A DNA stretch of 32,000 nucleotides from Candidatus Kuenenia stuttgartensis (GTDB taxonomy: Bacteria > Planctomycetota > Brocadiia > Brocadiales > Brocadiaceae). Under the pieces are notes generated by a model. It was not told the DNA's origin, did not search any database, and saw nothing but the letters and a program-made list of their open reading frames with translations. This document shows positions 17,346 through 27,999 of this stretch, piece by piece; the first letter of the stretch is position 1; each line of letters opens with the position of its first letter. The position numbers and the translations under genes are program-made. The stretch spans positions 1,530,001 to 1,562,000 of the forward strand of contig NZ_LT934425.1 of the NCBI RefSeq assembly GCF_900232105.1. The letters run 5' to 3'.

Positions 17346-17459
17346 AAAATACCCCTTAAGTGCGCAAATATCGCCACAATTCAGGCAAATACCTGTGCGT
17401 TAATTCCATCGTAAGACAGGAAAAAATCTTACGGAATTATGATGAAGAGTTTTTACACT

Positions 17460-17807
17460 TCAGTTATCGTAATGGTAACCGCACGTTTCCCTGATGTGGA
17501 AAAAGAAATCGTTTTTATTGTACGGATACAGGGAACATAACTGCGGTCTTTGATCATATACCTTACACAGTGAAAGCCCTTTTTCATCGTAGCATAGATT
17601 TTTGCACCGGATCGACGCCTGGCAGCAACGACCGCACCGCAAGCAATTGCCTGCCCGCTCTTTAATTGACACACGAACTTCCTGTTTATTGAATATATAA
17701 TAAATGCGTCTCCATGCCTGAAGCAAAAGCGCGGAACAAAAGATATCAACTCTTTGAATAATTTGATGAACTTTTTTTATTTCAAGCCTGCTAATAAGCT
17801 CTGTCAC
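17460..17807 (-). CDS. YkgJ-like Cys-cluster (putative Fe-S/zinc) protein
   Basis: CLRCGRCCQASIRCKNLCYDEKGLSLCKVYDQRPQLCSLYP. Confidence 0.75.
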   Translation of the reverse strand: MTELISRLEIKKVHQIIQRVDIFCSALLLQAWRRIYYIFNKQEVRVSIKERAGNCLRCGRCCQASIRCKNLCYDEKGLSLCKVYDQRPQLCSLYPYNKNDFFFHIRETCGYHYDN

Positions 17808-18161
17808 TAATTTCTACCCTCTTCTTAAATTTTCTATCAAATAATTTCCCGCAAAGAATAATTGGTTCATTTTGTTTAAAAAAGGCAGATCCCATTCCTC
17901 TACTAAAACCACTTACCGAAAATAAAACATCCGGGCCTTAGACCACAAGAAAGAAGGAAGAGGCATTCTCCGCCAAAATCCTTTGACCTAAAATGATTAC
18001 AAAGTTGTATGGCAATCTGTTTTTGTACTAAATTTTTAAAACGATATACGTTTGCAATTCATAGCAAAATTATTTATTTCAGTCAAGACAAATGCTCGTA
18101 AATTACTGACTTGTTTTTTGTAAAGAACATACTTTTTCAAAAATCTAAACTCTTACTACAA

Positions 18162-19895
18162 TTATTCACCATCGAACTTGATATCTTTCACTTCAAGTTC
18201 TATACTGCTGTTATTCATCCAGTTATTTTCCTTTAAAACGACCGCCAGTGAACATGTGCTGCCATTCTTTAGCAGCCGGTCAATTTCATCGCCCATGCCA
18301 AATCCGATAGCCTTCATAGACACATTGCCTTGTTTTACATAGAAGCTGAGGTGTTGTCCATTCGATCCTATACGGCGCGGTTTACCGGCAATCTGCAGGT
18401 CTTTTATGGCAAACACGGGGATATGGTTTCCTTCGCCATGGGGAGATAAAAGTTGCAATTCCATTAATAATCCCCTGTTTAACGTGGAGAGATCAACCGC
18501 TACGTCAATATTCAGAAAAGGAACAAGGTCTTCTTTCTGGAGTTTTTGCGCCATCATCCGATTCAGCAATGTGCGAAAATCTCCTATATTGTCAGGATGA
18601 ATCTTTAATCCCGCCGCCTGGGCATGCCCCCCTACGGAAATTAACATATTTTTGCAACATTCTAACGCATCCAGCATATGAAATGATGGTATGGAACGGG
18701 CAGAACCATGCCCAATCTCATCGGCAACGGCAATCATTACCGCGGGACGGTTAAACTCCTCTGCAATTTTTGAAGCGATAATTCCGACTATTCCCGGGTG
18801 CCATTCCTGGTCTGCCAATACAATCGCCAGCGTTTCATCGAGGTTTATTTCATCTACGATTTTCTGCCTGGCAGCGGAGAGTATGTCAAGCTGCATCGCC
18901 CTTCTCCGGTTATTTTCCTCTTCCAGAAAAAGTGCAATTTCTTTTGCCTTTTCATTGCAGGCCGTTGTTAGCATCTCAACAACGACTCCTGCATCGCTGA
19001 CACGGCCGGGTGCGTTTATACGGGGACCTAAACGGTATCCTACATGGGAAGTGTCAAGGTTTATATTGGTGAGTGAAGATACCTCCAGTAGCGCCTGCAG
19101 TCCAGGTATTTTTGTTTGCTGCAATGCCCCAAGCCCATATTTTGTCAGGATACGGTTTTCGCCCACAAGCGGAACCACGTCGGCAATAGTCCCCAGCGCA
19201 ACCAAACCCATAGCACTTATAAGAAAATCCTTAAACTCATTCGATACCTTTTTTTGCGGAAAATAATGCTGCCCAACCGACCATGCCAGCATGAAAGCAA
19301 TGCCAACCCCGGAAAAATCCCGGAAGGTCTTTTCCGTTGCCTTTAATTTTGGGTTAATTATTGCAAATGCATCCGGGATTTCCTGTGAAGGCTGATGATG
19401 GTCGGTAATAATAAGCTCAATGCCATATGATCGTGCAATCTCCGCCTCCCTGCATGCGCTAATGCCGCAATCAACCGTTAAAATAAGATCCGTACCCCCT
19501 GCTTTTAACTTAGCAATGGCCTCCGCATTTAAACCATACCCTTCTTCCAGCCTTTCAGGAATATAGTAATTTACCCTTGCATCAAACATTTTTAAACAAC
19601 GGTACATGAGGGCGGTGGCGGTTAAGCCGTCAACATCATAATCGCCATAGATGACTATTTTCTCTCCGTTGCGTATGGCTTCATTAATTCTGACTGAGGC
19701 TTTTTCAATATCGGGAAGGTTGGAAGGGTCTGATAATGTTGATATTTGAGGCTGAAGAAAACCTTTCGCTGCACCTACATCTGTAATGCCGCGGTTAATG
19801 AGTATCTGTGCAAGTAAGTTTGAAATTCTAAGATTACCTGCAATCTCCGTTTGAAGTTCGATATTATTCGGGGCAATGAACCACCTTTTACTCAT
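18162..19895 (-). CDS. recJ: Single-stranded-DNA-specific exonuclease RecJ
   Basis: 577 aa; VIYGDYDVDGLTATALMYR, LILTVDCGIS, ELIITDHHQP, ISVGGHAQAAGLKI. Confidence 0.96.
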   Translation of the reverse strand: MSKRWFIAPNNIELQTEIAGNLRISNLLAQILINRGITDVGAAKGFLQPQISTLSDPSNLPDIEKASVRINEAIRNGEKIVIYGDYDVDGLTATALMYRCLKMFDARVNYYIPERLEEGYGLNAEAIAKLKAGGTDLILTVDCGISACREAEIARSYGIELIITDHHQPSQEIPDAFAIINPKLKATEKTFRDFSGVGIAFMLAWSVGQHYFPQKKVSNEFKDFLISAMGLVALGTIADVVPLVGENRILTKYGLGALQQTKIPGLQALLEVSSLTNINLDTSHVGYRLGPRINAPGRVSDAGVVVEMLTTACNEKAKEIALFLEEENNRRRAMQLDILSAARQKIVDEINLDETLAIVLADQEWHPGIVGIIASKIAEEFNRPAVMIAVADEIGHGSARSIPSFHMLDALECCKNMLISVGGHAQAAGLKIHPDNIGDFRTLLNRMMAQKLQKEDLVPFLNIDVAVDLSTLNRGLLMELQLLSPHGEGNHIPVFAIKDLQIAGKPRRIGSNGQHLSFYVKQGNVSMKAIGFGMGDEIDRLLKNGSTCSLAVVLKENNWMNNSSIELEVKDIKFDGE

Positions 19896-20219
19896 AATCC
19901 TGTCGCACCAGCAGCGTTAAACCGTCATAAAGAATTCAGATAACCGTCTTCAAAATCTCTCTAAAATTACAAAAATATAACACGATCAGAGGCATTCCGC
20001 AATTGAATAATATCTATTTGCTGCTTTTATTCCGCCAGCAGGCATTTATCTTCTTTGCTTTCGGTGTATAATCTTTTTATTGAAAAGCATCTTGTGATGT
20101 GATAACATTTTTTCTCTATGCGCTCTTCATATCACATTAGTACAGAAACAAATTGTAATTATCAACCTCGCCACTAGAATCTTTTATTAACGTTTTACCC
20201 GTAGCGCGTAAGTTTTAAA

Positions 20220-22118
20220 ATGAAAAATACTTCATTCCTTTCCGAGTGCGGAAAACTACTCTCCTTTGCGAAACCCTATTGGAGACAGATGGCGATTGCC
20301 ATTGGCTGCATGGTGCTTTATACTGCGGCGAATGGTATTCAAATCTCGCTGATTAAGCCGGTTATAGACAAGCTGGTATCGGGAGAATTAACGACCGCGA
20401 CAACTACAGCATTGCCGGCCATCGATATAGACCCCCAAACCGACCTTAAAAAAAACACAAGGTCTCCACTGAGTGAATTTAAAAAAAACACCTTAAACAA
20501 ATTTTCTTTTATCGGAAAATTGCGGGAACGAATGACGCGTTCCTTCACCAGTATTGGCATAGTAATAGCCATTCTCGCTCCGGTTATCTTTTTTACCAGT
20601 TATTTTCAGCAATATTACAGAAATTTCGTCAGATGGGCTGTTGTTGTGAATATCCGGAACAAGGTCTGTGACCACTTGTTGCCTCAGCCGTTAAGCTTTT
20701 TCGAGAACAGAAAAAGCGGCGATCTTCTTTCGAGATTGACAAACGACGTTGCTGTTACACAGGCAGGTCTCAAGGTGCTCTTTGATGAGGTGTTATTTCT
20801 GCCCATGCAATTGATTTGCGGGCTAGTCCTTGCATTCTATTTCAGTTGGAAATTATCTTTGTTTTCTTTAATTATTTTTCCGGTAGTTTTCATCCCTGCT
20901 GTTTTAATCGGAAAAAAGATAAAGAGGCACGGTAAAGGAAGCTTACGGCATCTCTCCGAACTCACAGATGCGTTTCGCGAGATATTTGCAGGGATACGGA
21001 TTGTTAAATCATTCAGGATGGAAGATGAAGAACGTCGCGAAATTCATTTCATCGGAGAACGCTTCCTTCGCAGAACGCTAAAAATGGTAAAGGCAAAATC
21101 ATTGAACAGCAGTACCAATGAGTTTATTTATGCGGTAGGGCTTGCCGCAATGGTTATATTGGGCGGCTATGTAGTTATGTCCCATCAAATTACTCCGGGG
21201 GAACTTGGCGGATTTATTACCGCAATTGGTTTTATGGTAATCACCTCTGTTAAGAAGATCGCAAAGAGCTACACGGGCTTGCAGGAATCTCTCGCCGGTG
21301 CAAACAGGGTATTTGAATTATTTAACATAGAGTCAAATATAAAGGACTCCCCTGATGCCGTAACGCTTGAAAAAATAGAGGAAGGCATATTCTTCAACAA
21401 TGTGAGTTTTTCCTATGAAGGGAAAAAAGAACATGTGTTGAAGAATATATGTCTGAACATACAAAAGGGCGAGGTAATCGCAATCGTAGGAGAAAGCGGC
21501 GCAGGGAAATCCACCCTCGTAAACCTGATCTCCCGTTTTTACGACCCGACAGAGGGTTCTATTGCGATTGACGGTATAGACCTCCGCCGGATAAAGCGGG
21601 AATCGCTTCTTTCGCATATGGCATTGGTTACGCAACAGACATTTTTATTTAACCGGAGCCTGTATGAAAATATTCTTTATGGCAGACGGGATGCGACAAT
21701 GGAAGAAATCCAGCATGCGGCAAAAGCGGCCAATATTCATGAATTTATCCTGTCCCTCCCGGAAACATACGATACTATCGTGGGAGAAATGGGAGTGAAA
21801 TTATCCGGAGGACAGCGCCAGCGAATTGCAATTGCGCGTGCTATTCTGAAAAATGCCTCCATACTGTTGCTGGACGAAGCAACATCCTCCCTCGACTACG
21901 AATCGGAAAAATTGGTGCAAGACGCATTGAATAATCTTATTGCCGGGAAAACCACCATCATTGTCGCCCACCGGCTTTCCACTATCCAGCATTGTGACAG
22001 AATCATTGTGATGAAACAAGGCCAAATCGTTGAAACAGGCAGCCACGCATCCCTCATACATGATGACGGGGAATACAAGCGTGTTTACCAGTTACACTCA
22101 AATGCACTCCATACATGA
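20220..22118 (+). CDS. ABC exporter (MsbA-like permease/ATPase fusion)
   Basis: 632 aa; TM domain followed by Walker A GESGAGKST, signature VKLSGGQRQRIAIARAIL, Walker B ILLLDEATSSLD, H-loop VAHRLST. Confidence 0.93.
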   Translation: MKNTSFLSECGKLLSFAKPYWRQMAIAIGCMVLYTAANGIQISLIKPVIDKLVSGELTTATTTALPAIDIDPQTDLKKNTRSPLSEFKKNTLNKFSFIGKLRERMTRSFTSIGIVIAILAPVIFFTSYFQQYYRNFVRWAVVVNIRNKVCDHLLPQPLSFFENRKSGDLLSRLTNDVAVTQAGLKVLFDEVLFLPMQLICGLVLAFYFSWKLSLFSLIIFPVVFIPAVLIGKKIKRHGKGSLRHLSELTDAFREIFAGIRIVKSFRMEDEERREIHFIGERFLRRTLKMVKAKSLNSSTNEFIYAVGLAAMVILGGYVVMSHQITPGELGGFITAIGFMVITSVKKIAKSYTGLQESLAGANRVFELFNIESNIKDSPDAVTLEKIEEGIFFNNVSFSYEGKKEHVLKNICLNIQKGEVIAIVGESGAGKSTLVNLISRFYDPTEGSIAIDGIDLRRIKRESLLSHMALVTQQTFLFNRSLYENILYGRRDATMEEIQHAAKAANIHEFILSLPETYDTIVGEMGVKLSGGQRQRIAIARAILKNASILLLDEATSSLDYESEKLVQDALNNLIAGKTTIIVAHRLSTIQHCDRIIVMKQGQIVETGSHASLIHDDGEYKRVYQLHSNALHT

Positions 22119-22981
22119 AGATACTCATTATCGGCTCGAATGGTGCGCTGGGGTGGGAACTAAGGAATGGGTTGCCGCATCTTTCTGAAACAGAAAAACA
22201 ACCCCTCTCCGTCATTTGCGCCAGTCATTCACAAATAGAAATCACCAATGCCTCAAATACTTTTGAGGCGATTGCCAGAACCATGCCAGACGTAATCATT
22301 AATTGTGCCGCATTTACCGATGTTGATGCCTGCGAAACAAACATCGGCAAGGCATATGCCGTGAATGCAGATGGAGCGAAAAACGTCGCACTGGCGGGAA
22401 AAAATCTGCATGCCCGGGTCATCCATATCAGCACTGATTATGTTTTCGATGGCGCTAAGAATACACCGTATAACGAAACAGACCTGCCTCGCCCACTTTC
22501 GGTGTATGGCAGATCGAAACGTGCAGGAGAGGAGGCAGTGCAGGAAATAAACGGCAACTATACCATTATTCGAATTTCACGGCTTTATGGACAGCATAAA
22601 AGCAATTTTGTAACAAAAATACTGCATCTCGGATTAGAAAAACATGTCGTGTCTGTAGTAACAGACCAATTTGGAAGCCCTACCTATGCCGCAGATCTTG
22701 TCCATGCTCTCTGGTATGTTCTTTCGCTTGATCTTCATGGCATTTATCACATTGCGAATGATGGCATTTGTTCTTGGTATGAGTGGGCAAGGGAAATCTT
22801 TAGATTGTCAAATATACAGGTATCTCTCCAATCCATTAAGGCAGAAGACTTTAAACGCGCAGCCACGGTACCTCAAAACTCCTCATTGAATTGTACAAAG
22901 TTTGTACAGGCAACCGGACACAAAATGAGACCATGGCAGGAAGCATTGGAAGATTATCTGAAAAAATATGTACTCCGCTAA
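22115..22981 (+). CDS. rfbD: dTDP-4-dehydrorhamnose reductase
   Basis: 288 aa; MKILIIGSNGALGWEL, DVIINCAAFTDVDACE, AKNLHARVIHISTDYVFDGAKNTPYNETD, YGRSKRAGEEAV. 4-nt overlap with ABC exporter. Confidence 0.9.
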   Translation: MKILIIGSNGALGWELRNGLPHLSETEKQPLSVICASHSQIEITNASNTFEAIARTMPDVIINCAAFTDVDACETNIGKAYAVNADGAKNVALAGKNLHARVIHISTDYVFDGAKNTPYNETDLPRPLSVYGRSKRAGEEAVQEINGNYTIIRISRLYGQHKSNFVTKILHLGLEKHVVSVVTDQFGSPTYAADLVHALWYVLSLDLHGIYHIANDGICSWYEWAREIFRLSNIQVSLQSIKAEDFKRAATVPQNSSLNCTKFVQATGHKMRPWQEALEDYLKKYVLR

Positions 22982-23071
22982 GGGTGGCACGGATAAACTG
23001 GTTTGCCCGTGAAATTGCTTAGGCTCATTTTAATCAGAGGCGTGATGTCCTACTTCCGTTCCATTTTTACC

Positions 23072-24928
23072 CTAAGCCCATAGAAATTTATGAGGATTCG
23101 CAGAGCAGAATTTGTGTTTTAAATTCGTATCCAGAGAGAGATGAAAGAAATTCTCTACATAATCCTTATACGAATCCACACCAAACAGGTTAACCGGAAA
23201 ATCACTGCCAAAGAGTATGCGATCCCCAAACCCTTTATCAACGATTCGTTCCTTTAAAAAAGTATAAGAATCTCTACTATTCCCGATATAGGAAAAATCC
23301 GCATAGACGCCTTTATACCCGCCCATAAGCTCCATGATGGTATTCAACCACGATTTATGGGGTTTATTGTTATCAAACCCACAATGAGCAAAATTGATTT
23401 TCAGATTCTCATATGCGGAAAGTACGTTTTTCCACTTTTCAGGATTGGTATATTCCATGCCGTGATGAGCAGTTTTAAAACCGCCGGGCGAACAATGTAC
23501 CGTTATCGGAATGCCCCTTTCACTGCAAAATTGATAGAGATAATTTACCTTGTCAAATTCCGTGGCGGTATCGATGGGTTTATCCTCGTGGTAGGGCCAG
23601 GGATCAAACCCCAGGGGTGGATATAATTTAACTCCCGCAAAGAAATAACTGCGCAGGTCGTCAATCCCTTTCACAGGAATCGTCTTTTCTTTCTTTTTTG
23701 TATCTTTCTCATCAAAAAAGTACTGCTCCCTGTTTTTTTTAGCAAAGGTTTCATATTTTGTATTCGTATATTCCCCAAAATACTTTTCAAGCATTTTGGG
23801 AATATTATTTTTTTCGTTTAAGCGGGTACGAACCGATTCCTCTGACATGCCATCTATTTTATCAATCAAACCTTCATCAATTTGGACATGGGAAGAGATT
23901 GTGCGCAAATCATTTCCCAGGGTTTCGATTTCTTTATAAAATACCAGCTTGCCCGTCTTTTCAATATAAGTAACGTTATTTTCCAAAGTATCTCTTACAT
24001 GCTCTTTTATCCCTTGAGGGATTTTTCTGCTCTTCAGAAAATGGTAAAATGCGTCTCTTTCCTCTTTTGGAACCACTTTCACAATTCCCAGGTCGTAATT
24101 CCTCGTATTAATTCCCAGAAAGGGATAAATATCGAGTAATTTAACAGGACTCATTTCCCTATACTCCCTTATCCCGTTGAAAACATCGACAACCTGCTCC
24201 ACAACTGGTTTCCTGGGCGGTTTATTATAATAAATTCCTTGCATGTCAAAACACTTGTAACCAAAATCTATTACCAGAGGGGTAATAACCATTTTATTGT
24301 ACTTTAGTGTTTTCCCCTCTTTTGTTTTGATATGTATTTCATTCCCGGTTTCTTTCCATTTCTCTTCGATATTTTTTATAAATGACGCATATTTGTACGT
24401 TGATGAGGTACGATATTCATTTATTAATTCCCTGAACCTTTCATCCGCAGACAGGATATCCATCTCCATAGAAAAAAATAAACTCCCCGTATTATTCTCA
24501 ATAATGGAAAGAAGATTGACATTTTTTTTAAGCGTGTTTGTTATGAGGTCGCTTTCCCCTGAAGCTATCTTTCGTAAAGCCCACAGAGCAAAAACCAGGG
24601 CAGTTAAAACGACCGAAAATGCACCAACCAAAACGATATCGCTTACCTTACCTGAAAGGAAATATTCATATTTGCTTATCGCAAGTAATACGATTCCGGA
24701 GAGAACGCCACTTAAGACAATCAATAGTGTTTTCAGTAGTTTCACACTGAAATGTATCCCCAATAAACGGCAGATAACCTGGAGAAATTTTCCTTTCCCC
24801 AACAGATCGGAAAAGGACACCGCCCTGTCTTTTAAAAAGCGATTCAAAAAGGCAAGAAGCCCTGCATGGCTCAAATTCAGCGCATGACAATGGACATCGT
24901 AAAATATCTTTTTCCCCTTTTCTTCCAT
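23072..24928 (-). CDS. Membrane-inserted amidohydrolase-superfamily protein
   Basis: 618 aa; N-terminal YDVHCHALN (HxH), two hydrophobic helices shortly after, then C-terminal FFAGVKLYPPLGFDPWPY, ITVHCSPGGF, INFAHCGF, ILFGSDFPV. Confidence 0.75.
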   Translation of the reverse strand: MEEKGKKIFYDVHCHALNLSHAGLLAFLNRFLKDRAVSFSDLLGKGKFLQVICRLLGIHFSVKLLKTLLIVLSGVLSGIVLLAISKYEYFLSGKVSDIVLVGAFSVVLTALVFALWALRKIASGESDLITNTLKKNVNLLSIIENNTGSLFFSMEMDILSADERFRELINEYRTSSTYKYASFIKNIEEKWKETGNEIHIKTKEGKTLKYNKMVITPLVIDFGYKCFDMQGIYYNKPPRKPVVEQVVDVFNGIREYREMSPVKLLDIYPFLGINTRNYDLGIVKVVPKEERDAFYHFLKSRKIPQGIKEHVRDTLENNVTYIEKTGKLVFYKEIETLGNDLRTISSHVQIDEGLIDKIDGMSEESVRTRLNEKNNIPKMLEKYFGEYTNTKYETFAKKNREQYFFDEKDTKKKEKTIPVKGIDDLRSYFFAGVKLYPPLGFDPWPYHEDKPIDTATEFDKVNYLYQFCSERGIPITVHCSPGGFKTAHHGMEYTNPEKWKNVLSAYENLKINFAHCGFDNNKPHKSWLNTIMELMGGYKGVYADFSYIGNSRDSYTFLKERIVDKGFGDRILFGSDFPVNLFGVDSYKDYVENFFHLSLDTNLKHKFCSANPHKFLWA

Positions 24929-25144
24929 ATAATTTCTCCTTACTATGGTTAAGGTTTCCGCTTTAATACATTTCTACGAATTACACATGGCTTCTTATCC
25001 ACCTGCATAATCGACAGGGATGGGCAGTCTGCAGAATTGCATTTGCCCGACTATATAAAGCGGGAAAATATGTTTGGGATGAGACATGGAGCACCTTATC
25101 AATAATTTCTTTGCTTTTTTGGCAAAATATTTAATGGTAAAATG

Positions 25145-25478
<334 letters not shown>

Positions 25479-25493
25479 GATTTTTTATAAATT

Positions 25494-26213
25494 TTATAGC
25501 CTGTTATAAATAGTTTCCGGAACGATTTTCATTACCAATCCAATAAGCCTCCATCGTTTAGTTATATAAGCATGTTTCTTCTTCCTTTTGATAGCGTTAT
25601 ATATTTGTTGTGCTGCTTTTTGGGGAGATGCAACCCAAAAAAGTCCGTCACCTTTTGCCATTGCTGTATCTACAAACCCTGGCTGAATATCTGTAACTGT
25701 AATGGATGACCCTGATTTTGCCACCTTTTTCCGTAAGCCTTCCATATAGTTTGAAACAAAGGCTTTTGATGCATTGTATGCAGGAGCGTCGCCGTCCCCT
25801 CTAAGTGCTGCTATAGACGATAGGCCTACCAGATGACCGGAACCCTTCGATAAAAATTGATGTATAGCAACATTTGCTATTGCAGCAAAACCAGAGACAT
25901 TAACATCAATGGTTTCTTTTTCCGGGGACCATTGTAAATCCTTGTTAATAAATCCTACACCAGCGTTAATAATGATAATGTCCACCCCTTCCATTTCTGC
26001 AATTAGCTCTTTGAGTTGGTTTATTGCTTTATCTGTTTGAGAAACATCAATATGTTTTGCGAAAGAATTATTGGGAAGTTCGTTCTTGAGATCATCAAGC
26101 AGGTGAGTCCTTCTGCCTGCAAGTCCAACTATATAGCCATTTTTAGAGAAAATCTTTGCTAATTCCCTCCCGATTCCTGATGTCGCACCAACAACAATTG
26201 CTTTCTTTGTCAT
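25494..26213 (-). CDS. SDR-family NAD(P)-dependent oxidoreductase
   Basis: 239 aa; AIVVGATSGIGRELA, IIIINAGVGFIN, S-x12-YNASKAF active-site pattern. Confidence 0.92.
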   Translation of the reverse strand: MTKKAIVVGATSGIGRELAKIFSKNGYIVGLAGRRTHLLDDLKNELPNNSFAKHIDVSQTDKAINQLKELIAEMEGVDIIIINAGVGFINKDLQWSPEKETIDVNVSGFAAIANVAIHQFLSKGSGHLVGLSSIAALRGDGDAPAYNASKAFVSNYMEGLRKKVAKSGSSITVTDIQPGFVDTAMAKGDGLFWVASPQKAAQQIYNAIKRKKKHAYITKRWRLIGLVMKIVPETIYNRL

Positions 26214-26236
26214 ATCATCTCTGTCTCATTTATTGC

Positions 26237-26308
26237 CACTAACGATTGAGATCATCTGCCGCTATGGAGCGGAGCGGAATAGCGGTCAGGTGCAGCGCCT
26301 TGTTAGGT
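26237..26308 (-). other. Probable attC site after toxin-antitoxin pair
   Basis: Minus strand ACCTAACAAGGCGCTGCACCTGACCGCTATTCCGCTCCGCTCCATAGCGGCAGATGATCTCAATCGTTAGTG: R'' ACCTAAC fits RYYYAAC and overlaps the toxin stop; CCGCTAT/ATAGCGG and CACCTG/CAGATG(wobble) stems; R' GTTAGTG is imperfect. Confidence 0.7.
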
Positions 26309-26599
26309 TCTGATTCTATTAATCCAATATATTGGTTCACGGTGTAAGTGTGCAATAGCGATAACATAAATATGGTCTTTTTCAATGGAGTATAATACTT
26401 TGTAAGGAAACTTATGAAGAATATACCTTCTAATGTTTTCACTTTCTTGAGAACCAATTTCAGGCATTTTTTTGATTATATTAATAGCTCTTTTAACTTC
26501 TTGTTTAAATCTTTTCCCTAAACCTATCACTTCCATTTCATAATATTCTTTTCCATCATCCAATTCTAATTTGGCAAAGTCGTCGAATATTACTCTCAT
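26303..26599 (-). CDS. RelE/ParE-superfamily toxin
   Basis: 98 aa; VIFDDFAKLELDDGKEYYEMEVIGLGKRFKQEVKRAINIIKKMPEIG...RRYILHKFPYKVLYSIEKDHIYVIAIAHLHREPIYW. Confidence 0.85.
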   Translation of the reverse strand: MRVIFDDFAKLELDDGKEYYEMEVIGLGKRFKQEVKRAINIIKKMPEIGSQESENIRRYILHKFPYKVLYSIEKDHIYVIAIAHLHREPIYWINRIRT

Positions 26600-26604
26600 A
26601 AAGC

Positions 26605-26808
26605 TTATCTAAACACCTCTTCTGCGGGTATCCCTTTTGTTTTGCCGGCTCTGTAAGCCTTAAGTCTGGCCTCAGCTTCCTGTATCCATTTTTTTGATAT
26701 CTCCGGATCTGGTTTATCTAAGCTGGTTATCAAAGCCTCAATTAATATAATTTTGTCCTGCGGTTTTAATTCTAAGGCTTTTGCGATTAATGCATTATTA
26801 ACTGACAT
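26605..26808 (-). CDS. Addiction-module antitoxin-like protein
   Basis: 67 aa; ALELKPQDKIILIEALITSLDKPDPEISKKWIQEAEARLKAYRAGKTKGIPAEEVF; 5 nt upstream of the toxin ORF. Confidence 0.85.
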   Translation of the reverse strand: MSVNNALIAKALELKPQDKIILIEALITSLDKPDPEISKKWIQEAEARLKAYRAGKTKGIPAEEVFR

Positions 26809-26849
26809 AATTGTATTCCTTTCTATTTATTTTTACCCTAACTACGAAA

Positions 26850-27001
26850 TACGAAACAAATCCTAAATTCACGCCGTTTGATACATAATTATCTAACAAT
26901 AATAGATGTACCATTGAATGTTATCTAACTGGGTAAAATTTTCAAATGTTCAAAACCCGGTTTTTTTCATTGGGATTTTGTATTTTGGGATTTGTTTCGT
27001 A
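26850..27001. repeat. Dispersed inverted repeat upstream of the TA pair
   Basis: TACGAAACAAATCC (26850-26863) / GGATTTGTTTCGTA (26988-27001), perfect 14 bp. Confidence 0.5.
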
Positions 27002-27086
27002 CTTCGAATTTTGTATTTTTTATTTCTTGCTTGCTTGTTCGGTTCTGGCTATGCCAGCTTAGGTAAAAGTCCATTAAAAAGGTTCT

Positions 27087-27999
27087 CTAATGGTCAGCGG
27101 ATCGCACCTTATTTTTCCCTTCCCTTTTTGCCGTGTAAAGGGCGTCATCCGCCTTTTTGAAGAACATATCGGTATTCGTAATATTTTTGTCCAACGCAGC
27201 AACTCCTAAACTAATAGTTATTTTTCTTGAATGTCCATGGAACCTGTATTCTTCTGAGGCGATGCTTTCCCTGAATCGTTCCGCCACTTCAATGGCTGAC
27301 TTCAAACTGGTTTCCGGGAGAATGCCGCAAAATTCTTCCCCACCATAGCGTGCCAGGATATCGGTAGTTCTTAATCCGGACGCAACTCTCGCAACCACCT
27401 CGCGGAGGACAAAATCACCATACAAATGACCACAGGAGTCGTTTACATTCTTAAAATTATCGATATCAAAAATAATTAGGCAAAGAGGTGCGCCGTATCT
27501 CCTATGCCGTTCAAACTCCTCCCTCAGTTTATCCTCTAAATATTTGCGGTTAAACGACCCGGTCAGATAGTCCCTCCTTGTGGCGTCCAGCAGTTTATGC
27601 TCGTATACAACTATTTCAGTGACGTCCCGCACTGTAATGCATATGTATTCTATCTTTTCATTTCCGTTGCGAATGGGAAATATTGAGCAGCTCTGCTGCA
27701 TATAGTCAAACTGTAAGCCAAAGGAGCTTACAGGCCTGAACGGGAAAATATAATGATGCAGTTTTTGTGAAAGAAAGCAGAAATTTTCCGAAGGCGAATA
27801 TCGATTTACAATTTCGCAAAAATTTCCGGTTGTTTAAATTTGGAAAATAGTCAAACAGCACCGAGCCGGTAATATCCCCGGCAGGTATTCCGCTATTCAT
27901 CTCCATCCATTGGTTCCAGTAATGGACTTTAAATTCAGCATCCAGTATAACCAGTCCTAAATTTATCGAATTGCAGATTTGCTCTGGAATTTTATTCAT
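27087..27999 (-). pseudogene. PAS-GGDEF diguanylate cyclase split by a +1 frameshift in a homopolymer
   Basis: PAS part 27706-27999 (LVILDAEFKVHYWNQWMEMNSGIP) and GGDEF part 27087-27701 (DYLTGSFNRKYLEDKL, ARYGGEEFCGILP). Deleting one base of the A5 run at 27819-27823 joins them as ...NNRKFCEIVNRYSPSENFCFL...MQQSCSIFP. Confidence 0.85.

Noticed and set aside
17346-17460. Glycine riboswitch upstream of gcvT
   Set aside because: Only about 110 nt available and no recognisable tandem aptamer core; only a simple hairpin visible.
18406-19346. Plus-strand ORFs opposite recJ, including a 191-aa frame
   Set aside because: Shadow frames of a clear RecJ gene.
24297-24887. 196-aa plus-strand ORF opposite the amidohydrolase
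   Set aside because: Shadow ORF; the minus-strand frame has consistent amidohydrolase motifs throughout.
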